Below are positions 12,186 to 22,780 of a stretch of DNA of 64,000 nt, piece by piece. The notes beneath the pieces are model-generated. The model saw only the letters and a program-made list of their open reading frames with translations. It did no database searches and was not told the origin of the DNA. A program made the translations under genes and the position numbers. Every line of letters starts with the position of its first letter. Position 1 is the stretch's first letter. The stretch is from contig NC_089431.1 of the NCBI RefSeq assembly GCF_026210795.1, forward strand, positions 1,178,001 to 1,242,000, written 5' to 3'. Source of the stretch: Rhizophagus irregularis. Taxonomy: Eukaryota.

Positions 12186-13983
12186 ATGGCTTATCAACGT
12201 ACTATTCTTCCGTTCTATCACAACCCAGGCATTTCACCATGCAGCAGGACTGTATGGTTTCTTACTGGGTTTCTTTTTGGTGCTTTGCCCTATGAAAAAA
12301 AATCATCCAATTTTTGTACAATATTTGTTCAAGTCCGTGTGGAAATTGTACAATTATTGCAGATTTTTGGATAAAAATAGCTGTGAAGTTTTTCAAAGCA
12401 TATTAAAAGTATGCAATTTTTGTACAACTTAAATTTAGGATATAGAAAATGTTCAATTTTTGTGTGATTTTTATACAACTTAAATTTAGGATACAGAAAA
12501 CATTCAATTTTTGTACAATAAAAATTGTGATTATTGTACAACTTGAAAATAGACTTAAATTTAGGATACAGAAAGCAATTTTTAGGTAATCCTACTATAC
12601 TACTTTCCATCTTACCTGTATGGTTACATTTGACCACTTTTAGGGTCGAATAGACCACTTTTAACCATTACAAATAGATTTTCCTAAGTAAAGTGATTTA
12701 TGCAGTAAGGTTACACAAAATTCAACTGCATATTTGCTTATAAACGGGCATCTTCCGGACCCATTGGTGAAATTTTTGTATCATCTTGTAACTAAAAAAA
12801 AGTCAAAAACTTTTTATTAGGTTACACAATTAGTTCTGACCGGAATTATAATTTGGCCAGAATTATGCGGTAAAAATCAACTCTTAAAATTATATATGTT
12901 GATCACGTGATCTGATCGTCAAAATAAATATGATGACGCGCAATGTTTTTGTTTATGTTTTTTTAACCTTTTAACTTTTCTTCAACTTTCTTTTAAAATA
13001 TTAAGTAAGAAAAACTTGTGTTCTTTATTTTTTTATTTTCCTAACTTTTTACATTTTAATGTTATTAACTTGCTTTCTTCACTAACTTCATACTTTTTTT
13101 TTATTACTAATACTAATAATTTACTTTTTAACACTACTAATTTGCTTTCTTCACTAACTTCATACTTTTTTATTACTAACACTATTAATTTACTTTTTAA
13201 CACTACTAATTTGCTTTCTTCACTAACTTCATACTTTTTTATTTAATACTAATAATTTACTTATACTAATAATTTACTTTCTTCTTTGATACTACTAATT
13301 TACTTTCATGTTACTAACATACTTTATTTTATTTTATTTTCTTACAAATTTTTATATTTATGATTATATCAAATTTAGTATTTTATTTATGAAATATTGT
13401 GTATATTTTTTATATTTTAAGTCAATAAAAAAAATTCATAATTTCACTTTATAAATTGCCTGTTATTACTGTAAAATTTAACCTATAATTCCTAAAATAT
13501 GGCCTAAAATTTGGCTCAAAAATCACACAATAATTGTATAAATTCAGGTCAAAAATAGGATAATTATTGAATGAATTACCATGCAATAATTGTGTGATTT
13601 ATTGCAATTTTTAGCACAATTATTGTATGGTCAAATATACAGAAATCGTAGTGAATTTAATTGAATGATTTTTCAACAAAAATCACACAGACTTTTTTCA
13701 TAGGGTTGGTTGTGTTGCCTTTGGAAGGCCATCACTTTTTTATGAATTCTTTAATTTTCTTTTTACTCTTTTTCATTTAGTTCTAGATTTTTATAAATCA
13801 GAAACTGGACAACGAATAGTTATTTATATCAAGAAATTATACAATAACTATTCGGACTTCTGCTCTATAAGGAACTTGGAAGAACTAATGGGAAGAGGAA
13901 ATCACATGATACCTTCCCTTTTCATTTGGATTTTTCAAGAATATCCTGAGTCAGCTTATTATTTGACCCATTTAGCAGAGTGA
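12186..13983 (+). pseudogene. Small unknown gene disrupted by a CACTA-like insertion
   Basis: MAYQRTILPF...FLFGAL stops at the element. Removing the element and one TSD restores the frame (VVLPLEG...). A probable intron (acceptor catttag ~13780) precedes LDFYKSETGQRIV...THLAE* (TGA 13981-13983). Confidence 0.6.
12288..13705. mobile_element. Non-autonomous CACTA/CMC-like DNA transposon (1418 bp)
   Basis: 13-bp TIR ccctatgaaaaaa / ttttttcataggg with a 3-bp TSD TTG (12285-12287, 13706-13708). Internal tandem repeats acttaaatttaggatacagaaa (~12420-12580) and ttgctttcttcactaacttcatactttttt x3 (~13070-13240). Confidence 0.88.
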
Positions 13984-14626
13984 CCCTATTAGTGTTATCT
14001 TACAATAAAAAGTATCATAATTATGTAATTAATTTAATAAAAAAATATTGGTGTAACTGAGTAATAATGAAAAACAGAAAGATTATATAATTCATTTATT
14101 TTTTTGGTAAAAAAAAAATGACTATATGAATTAAGAATCATAATTTGCCATTATTACTACTTATTAATGCAATATTATTGAAAAGATATAATATCAATAA
14201 GTGATGCAATATTGACTCATTATTATGAGCAAGGACAAATTTTTTTTTATTTAAAGACCTGCCAAATGATTTTTTTCAATTCAAAAAAAATTTTCAAGAA
14301 ATTTTTTTCCAAAAATTATTTACAATAATATTTTTTGTAATGCAATATATATTATATCATATATAGTTCTTTACATCTTGATATTATAACTGCTTTATTA
14401 TTATTTTCTATTCATTTAAATTTTTAGAAAAAGCTGAGAAACTGTATCCTATTTCTTTACTCACCAACGTAAATACTACCTCTCAGGTACATACTACACT
14501 GCTGAAAGGCTTAGGATTCCAATTTTATAAATAGTTTGCTTTGATTTCAAAATTTTTACAAAATTTGATAAAATTTTGGCTGTATTTAAAGAAAAAGGTG
14601 TATTTTTTATTGTATTTGATTTATAA

Positions 14627-15804
14627 ATGAGACATTTGGAGAATGAAGAAGAGAAAGAAGATGATGATGCTGAAATTCAGCATCAACAACTTAAAAGAAA
14701 TTGGGCACTCAAAATATGGTGTCAAGAAGAAGAAAGATTAAAGGCTCTGGAAGAAGAAGAAAAGGCTCAAACCACAAAAGCAGAGGAGGAAGAAGAGGAA
14801 AGTGAAAGCGAAACTGATTCTGAGAAGGAAGAGCAAACATCAAGAAAATTATTAAAGCCTGTATTTATACCAAAAGCACATAGAGAAACTGTGTTGGAAA
14901 GAAAAAGAATGGAAAAATTAGAAGAGAAAGCTGAACACAAAAGATTACAAGAACTTAAGGATTGCAAGTAGTGCTTCGATCCATGTATGGATTGATCCGG
15001 ATTGATCCGGATTAAATCAAAAATCTGGATGAAATCTGCGGTTTGAACTGGATTTCGTCAGATCCATCCGGATTGCCAGTTTTCGGATAACTTAAAATAT
15101 TTCCGAAACCAATGATCAGAATTTAACAATTTAAGGCATGTTTGATAGTGCTTGACGTTGCGTATTTAATGGTAGGACTGGATTTTTTGAAATAATTTTT
15201 TTTATCCAGATTTTCGTTTAATAACAGTTTTCATCCGGATTAAATTGTTATTCAATCCAGATGACGGATTTCATCCGGATTGAAGCACTAATTGCAAGAA
15301 GTTGATGAGATGAGCAAGTAGAATATAAACAATGGAAATTACGTGAGTTATTAAGAATTAAAAGAGATAAAGAGGAAAGAATAGCAAGAGAAATAGAATG
15401 TGAAGAGATTGAATGCAGATGTAACATATCTAAAGAACAACACTTAAAAGACAGAACGAATTAAAAAACAGCACAAAGAAAAGCCAAAAGGTCAATACAA
15501 ATTCCTGCAAAAATATTATCACAAGGGCTCATTTTACTTGAAAGAACATGATGAAATTCTTAAACATAATTATACTTTATCAACACTGGATGAAGTAGCT
15601 CACAGGGAAATTTTACCCAAAGTCATGCAAGTTAAAAATTTTGGTCACGTAGGGCAAACTAAATGGACACATTTGATGGATCAAGACACTTTAGTAAAAG
15701 ATGCACCTTGGAATGCAAAAACAGAAATTAACAAACGAACATTATCAAAATTGAGTAGTTTACATGGAGGGTTTGATAAACCTATAGCAAAGAAAAGTCA
15801 ATAA
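14627..15804 (+). pseudogene. MFAP1: MFAP1 (microfibrillar-associated protein 1, spliceosomal B-complex factor) pseudogene
   Basis: Motifs LLKPVFIPK, EYKQWKLRELLRIKRDKE, FLQKYYHKGSFY and LPKVMQVKNFG..G.TKWTHL.DQDT. 5'-truncated, frameshifted and interrupted by a MITE. Confidence 0.88.
14969..15290. mobile_element. hAT-type MITE (322 bp)
   Basis: TIR tagtgcttcgatcc / ggattgaagcacta (1 mismatch), perfect 8-bp TSD attgcaag (14961-14968, 15291-15298), and many subterminal atccggat motifs. Confidence 0.92.
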
Positions 15805-15867
15805 AAATATATCTTTTTTTTTTGTTTTCAATCCAAAAATTTTAACTTTTCCAAAATATTTTTTTTC

Positions 15868-15935
15868 CCGGGCAAATATTGGTATTTGAATATACAATTA
15901 CAAATAAACTGCGTACACCATTTTGAAAACGGCGA
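15868..15935. mobile_element. Solitary terminus of the MITE family seen complete at 42332-42505
   Basis: The reverse complement closely matches 42332-~42399 and ends ggcga|TA. Confidence 0.8.
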
Positions 15936-16607
15936 TAATAAAAAAATACAAATAATAAAAATAATAAGAAAAATTAAAGGAATATAATTATATACTTTAT
16001 TATAAAAATAATACTGCACATTAGTTAGAGAATTATTAATTTTATAAATTACTAAATATCATCTAGGTGATCATCATTGGAAGAATTAAGAATATGAATG
16101 TATGTGTGGTGAATAAAGTTTTAAAATTAATTTCTCTAAAAGTTTGTTTATTTAGAGTTTGGATGAAGATTTTGATAATAACATGTAAATTTTCAAGGTG
16201 GTTAACAAATTTTCTTTAAGAATTTCATGCACATTAAATTATTTTATGTGCACATTCACCTCATTTTAAAAGTGCATTTTCTGCTAATTAGATTACAAAG
16301 AAGGATAATATGATTACATTTATTAAACAAAATTTAATGTTAACTATTTTTGATATGATTTTGAGTCAATAAGAACCATTTAATTTATTAACTTATTTGA
16401 AATATATATATTAGTTCTTCATTGTTAGATGTATTTATACTGGAAATATTCTGTACTCCTTGAAAAGACATTTATACATGTTCAAGATTATTTAATTGAA
16501 AAACATACTAGTCGGATTTATAATTGTTAAACAATTTATAATTTATTTTTATCTAATATATGGTCATATCCAAAATGTATATTAGGCTATTCCAAACTAA
16601 TAATTAG

Positions 16608-16803
16608 TTGTCCGGAAGGACTATATATGTCTACGTACTATGAAAAATGATCGATCCCGTGTCCCGGAATTCCAAGGCGTTATGCTGCTAATCAGTAGAA
16701 AATTGCGATCACGTGAGTTTCTCTGTACAAGGCTAATTAGTAGAAAATCTTGATATTTATTATGATACCTCGCTCCGGATTTACAATGGTTCCCGTTTCC
16801 TAG
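16608..16803 (+). mobile_element. Non-autonomous Helitron2/Helentron-like element, copy 2
   Basis: ttgtccgga...aaaaatgatcgatc...cgctccggatttacaatggttcccgtttcCTAG|T, homologous to 9304-9452. Confidence 0.72.
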
Positions 16804-17224
16804 TTTAATGTCCTTTCTGACTGAAAAATTTGGGAAATGATTTAAACAAGCATGATATTTTATTAAACTAAAAATTAACGTGGTGTAACAGCCTTATGGT
16901 TGAATAATACTTTTCAACAAATTAAATTACAATTTTTCCTTTAAAATAAAGCTTTAAATAGAGTTCCAAACATGATGACCTGAACTGAAATTTTTATTTA
17001 AAAATTTAAAATTGAATATCTCCGTCAATTCGAAATGAAATAACTACCATTAGATTTGTCTCATTGAGATGAATCTAATGGGCCATAATTGAACGTTTTC
17101 TGATCATTAAATGCCAAGATATCGTAAAATAATCTATTAGCCATCTGATATCTGAAACTTCATCTCTATCCTTCTTCCCTCTTTCGCCCCTTCTCTTTCC
17201 TATCCTACTAATTCCGTGACGAAA

Positions 17225-17760
17225 CATTTTAGACAGTACTGGTAAAATTTCTAGTGTTTTTTTTTTTATTCTTTTAACGAACTGTTTCTAATTGCTTATT
17301 TTTTTTATTTATTTTAGCCAATAAGATTTTTATTAGTTTTTTTCCTTTATTTCTTAACGATTTTAACAAACAGTATCTAACGTTTTGTTAATTTTTTCTT
17401 TTTAGACGGTTCTTTTGATTTATGTTTCATCAATTTTCATGATCATGACGGATTTTCTTGCGGTAAGTTATTTTTTTTAAAAAACATTTTTTGTTTTAAA
17501 CAAAACATACTAATATTTCATTTTTTTTAGACTTTTCTTTTTCATATTTCTCTGGCACGTGGCATTTCGGTAAGTTCAAACTGTTTTTAAATTTTTTTAT
17601 TTTAATGAATGTTTCATTTTATTTCCTTTTTTTTAGACATCCTTTTTTTCGGGTAATTGAACGTGAATTCCAGCAAGTAGAAAAAAAATATTTTTTTTTT
17701 ATTAACTTTTACTAACTGTTCATTTTTTTTTTAGACGACTGGGTTTTCAGGTATTCAAAC
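17225..17760 (+). other. Array of tandem intron-like units with micro-exons
   Basis: Repeated GTAAG(T)...CTAA...poly-T-AG units. Acceptors at 17337, 17405, 17530, 17636 and 17734; donors at 17463, 17570 and ~17673. Exon-like spacers of 57, 39 and ~36 nt all start with AC. Confidence 0.6.
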
Positions 17761-18314
17761 GGTTACTATAATTATGTTAATTATGTTTGTATCTTTTTAT
17801 TAGTATAACATTATTAGATATATTATAAATTTATTTAGTTATTTATTTAATAGTTTTATAAGTAGATTGACTTGTTTGAAATTTTTTTAAAAAAATCACG
17901 TATTTTCTTTTATGAGACAGGAACTCCGCAGTCAAGCGTTATAAAATTTACTGGTTAGGGACCTTCACACCTGTTCCGGGCTATTTCCCTTTTGATGAAT
18001 CACCTTATCATGATACGTCTAATAAAAAATATATTAATGAAAATGAGATCATATTAGCATAATCGTTACCGTATGCAATGATAATATTGTATCGTGGTAA
18101 TTAGGTTCATTTTAACAGGGTTGTACTATCACAAAATTTTTTTATATTAACGGAGTATCTATTATTTGGAGAACTACACAGTTTTCCTTCACATATCGTG
18201 GATGAATTCCATTTATTGTGTACATCAGGCATGTGTTATCTCTTGGATATATAACAATTTGTCTCTACATTAGACGACGTTCTGAGATTAAGAACGTGAT
18301 AAATCATCAATCAT

Positions 18315-18549
18315 GGCGGATTTATGAAATTTGACAGTATTTTAACCACCAAATTATTATTTAAGTCACAAAAAGTTTTTTTGTACCCCAAATTTTGCGT
18401 CTAACCAATTTTCCCACTATACATTATAACCAATTTTTCCAGCATTAAAGGTGCGTCATTATTTGACATTTTTTCAATTGATATCACATGTTTTCTGTAA
18501 CTCAATTTTAACTCCTGCAGGGGTTTTTGCCAAATTTCATAAATCCGCC
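18315..18549. mobile_element. MITE with a 19-bp perfect TIR
   Basis: ggcggatttatgaaatttg (18315-18333) / caaatttcataaatccgcc (18531-18549). No clear TSD. Confidence 0.75.
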
Positions 18550-19643
18550 GCAATGTATATTTAGTATTAAGTTAATTATAATCCTCGGAATCCTCGGGTA
18601 TCCTCGGATTTCTGCAGATCATCTGTCGGATATCCGTTCACGCCGCAATTTTACAATAAACTCTCGCTACTAACAAATAATTTTACTATTATGCCATATA
18701 TAATTATTTGACTGATATTTTTGTCAACGGTTAAATATAAATATGTTTGCAACCATTTTAATAAATATATTCTATTATTAAATTTTATTGCATGGACTTC
18801 TAGTTTGTTTGATAAAAATATGGGATCGTCACTGGTGATACAATATACTTTATTGCATATAAAAAGCAAATAAGAATGCATGTTACCTGTAACAACCGTT
18901 ATTACTGTTTATGTAGCAAAATTCTAAACAAGTTTTAAAAAGAATTCTAAAAGAGGTAAACAGATAAATTTCAAGTTTGAGAAATTTTTTTTTGTATAAA
19001 TTGCCGCCGATTTAACGTACCATCGCACCATAAATCAAAAAACTTTGAAAGTTTTGTGGTAAAAATTTTTTTTTCAAAAATAAAATAACAAAAATACTTA
19101 AATAAAATAATAATCATGAAATCGACAATAATTCTACTTTATTTAATAATTTGTTTGATAACAATTTCAACGGGAATTCCGGGTAAGAATAAAATATACA
19201 TAATATAACATAATTTGTATACTGTATTTATTTATAAATGTCTATATCTAATTTTTTTTTTTTAAATATACGTAATTTAGTTATCAGTGACGGGACCGAA
19301 ATAAAAGAAAAGCGTTATAACATTCATGTAAATTCACCGTGTTATCAATATTTTCGGTCTGACAATGCGATGTTAAAATTTTGTAAGAAAACACGAGAAA
19401 ATTAAAAATGAACTTTGGCTCATTTCATTGAAGAGAAAAGTATAGATTTATTAAGCAATTATTTTATTGTATTATGCATTTAGAATTTTATAATATAATT
19501 TTTACTAGAAACTGTTTTGTTAGATACAATTCATTTAGAAATTTAGTAATAAGTATATAATATATACATATATATATTTAATAAATAATAATAAAAAAAC
19601 ATTTAATAATATAAAAATTTAACTTTTAAGATCGATCAATAGC

Positions 19644-20751
19644 TCACGGTAATTTTTTTTCTTCAAAACCAGTTAAATCGCAACTAATATTCCACCATAA
19701 TTTTTGTAAATCTTCTTTATAACTATCATCACTTGATTTATCAATTTGGCAAAATTTATTAATGTATAAAGCGCTCTTACTTTCAAGTTCTGGCGATGTT
19801 GCTGCATAAACAATCACTGCCCCTCCCTATTTTTTAAATTTTTTCAAATAAAAGTTAAATAATTAAATTTAATTTCTCGTTCTCTTTCCTAAAAAGAAAA
19901 TACGTTACCTGTTCGGGCGTTCTGGTAAAAGAGGCAAAAGGAAGAATGTATTTCATAAGAAGTTTAACATATGAAGGACTTTCTCTTGCCAACTCAGTTT
20001 GAGGCACGAATCCAGGTTCAATAGCAAATATTGAAATTTTTTTCTTTTCATCCTTTTCTTCCTCTAATAACTTATTTAATTGGTAAAAAAATAACATTTG
20101 AGCTAATTTAGTATTTTTATAAAATAACATACTATCATACCCTTTACTACCATCTAAATTTTCTATCTCTAATTTTGGTCCTATTTTGTTATGACCTTCA
20201 CCCGGTTTATGTAAAGAACTATTAACAAAAATAATTCTAGAATTAAATGATTCCAATTTATTTTGTTGTTCGGAACTCCATTTAATTCTATCTAATAATA
20301 AATTTATTAAAAGAAAATATGATAAATGATTAGTTTGAAATGTCGTCTCTAAATTATCTTCGGTTGTACTTAATTTTGATTTAACTGTTGCAGCATTTAA
20401 TATTAATATATTTAAAGGTAGAATTGGATCTCTCGTAAGTAATCCTTGTGCGAATGATTTAACTGAAGTAAATGATGATAAGTCAAGTTTTGATATTTCA
20501 ATACTATGTTGTGACGGGATTGTTAAAGCTGAAATGGCTTTTTCTGTTTCTGTAACATTACGTACGGCAAGAATTAGATGATATGGTGTCGAATGTTGTA
20601 TTAATTGTTTTAATGCCTCGAAACTTTTTTTTTATTCAAGAATTATCGTTAGAATGTAGTTAACGATTTAATAAAGAAAAAATAGGCATTTTATTTACCC
20701 TAATCCGGAGTTGGCTCCTGTTAAGATAATAACTTTACGTTCCTGAGACAT
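19644..20751 (-). CDS. Short-chain dehydrogenase/reductase (retinol-DH/WWOX-like subgroup); 3 exons
   Basis: Exons 20751-20699, 20623-19909 and 19826-19644. Motifs IILTGANSGLG, LDLSSFTSV, LILNAA, FQTNHL, catalytic YKNTK and EPGFV. Confidence 0.93.
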
Positions 20752-22780
20752 TATTATATCAAGAAAAAAAACATGCGGTTTAAAAAAACGTAAACTTTAT
20801 TTATATTTATATAAGAAATTTTCATTCCTTTTTCGGAACCAAAATTGATGATCGAATCACACGATAGAATATTCCCGATCCATTTGGATTGGGGCAATTA
20901 CATGTGAGAATCATTTTATGTTACGTACCAAATTCACATGATCTTTAATGATATGCAAATATTTATATTAGTTTTTATTAGCAGGTAAAAATCAATATTT
21001 TCTCCCAACCCAATTTTGAGATGGATTGCCCTAATTTCGGATTATCGTTTCCTTACCCTTATACTTAAAAAATATTTATTATTTTATGATGTATTTTTTT
21101 CCTTTTTTATAAAGATTTACGTCTTAACTAATGAGCGGGATGTTAAGTTCCGGTATTCTAACTTGGCGGTTATTTCAACAATTATCCTAAATGTAAATAG
21201 ATAATAGAATTCACAAGCCAAAGATAAAAAAAATTAAAAATATTTAAGAAATGTATTTTTATTGTAAGAAAAAATCTAACTATCAATAAATTGAATATAA
21301 ACATTAATCTAATAAATATTTAATGCTTCATCTTTGAAATTTGCATTAAAATATTGATTGCAACGTTAACAAAATTGTCGAGTGCAACTAAAAAGTTAAG
21401 TTCTTACTACAGTTTGAAAGAAAATATATAACTATAACAGAAATGGTAAAAAAAAAAAAATTTTTTTTAGTAAAATCTCGAGTGGTGAACATATCGGAAG
21501 ATCTTTGAAATCTGGTACATACATTTTTTTTACGACCGTCACAAACATTTCCAAATACACGACCACAAACTCAGATTATTTCCTTGGCCTTAGATCACCT
21601 CCTTACTATTCCAATACATTGTTCGATTTTCGCCTAAATAAATTGACATATACACAAAAAGGACCAAAGTTAGTAACATTCGGATTAAACATTGCATCAT
21701 CTAGATTCTTGATATTATTCGTTATTATTAAAGGTTAATAACTGAAATAGCAAATAGTATTTAATTGTTAATAAATTTGATTCCAAATTTGTCAAATTTG
21801 CTCGAATCTATGCTGTCCGAAACCTGATGGTCTTGGCAATTGTGCCATTTATTAAGTAGTAAAGAATTATTGAAGAATAAATTGCTCAAATAATAGTAAT
21901 TATTGATAAATTATTAATTAATAGTTACTCGGCTTCTGACGATCTATTTACTGTATATTATTAATTGACGATAAAGGTGCATTATTACATAATAAGTCTA
22001 TTAACACTCCGGACTAATATGTACTTATTCTAGCTCTAATTCTAATTATATGACATGAAATAATTCGAACTTTATTGATCACTTCTTGGGGTAAGTGGAA
22101 ATCGGAAGGGGAGATCCCTTGTGTAAGACTCATTTCCAAAAGCCAAAATCACCTTTTGATTATTTATTTATAAGGTAGATTAAGTTTTGTATAGGTTTAT
22201 AGGTAGCTTGAAAATAAAGTAGATAGATTAGATTTGGTTTTAATAAATATTTTATATATAAGATACGAATCTTGAACTTCAGCCTGAGCTAAATGGTATA
22301 GTTATAAATGTCCGTTTAGAGAAGGAAAAAAAAACGCTTAAATTTTTTTTTTTATTTTATTTTTAAAATATAAACAAAGACGGGAGTAACCACCGTACGT
22401 GTATGTAAAAACACTAACCAAAACAGTGTAATTAATTCGAGCTCAGTCTTTATTTCTACGTATCCATTCTGACCCAATTACCCGCTTAAATCGAAAAAAT
22501 CAAAAATTTTTTTCTTGACGGATGACTGATCACACGGAACATATGATTTTGGACCAGATAGGAATATAACTTTATATTAAGAAATGGATAGAACTTATAT
22601 TTTATTAGGCATAGACATAATAGAAAAATAAATACATTAACAATATGAAGAATAATAAATAAAGAATGTAAAGAATGAATAAAAACGATAAATATGATTA
22701 TAAATTTTTAACTACTACTATTTTTTGATAAACTTAGTACAAAACTTTAAATCGACCGTAAAGGAAATAATTTATAGAAC

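Noticed and set aside
13060..13320. Regularly spaced ~30-bp repeats resembling a CRISPR array
   Set aside because: The spacers are themselves near-identical, there are no cas genes, the context is eukaryotic, and the repeats lie inside a TIR element.
21480..21850. Possible coding remnant on the minus strand
   Set aside because: Only short open stretches with no recognisable motif.
22085..22306. Possible solo LTR after a purine tract
   Set aside because: No second copy, no clear TG..CA pair and no TSD within the window.
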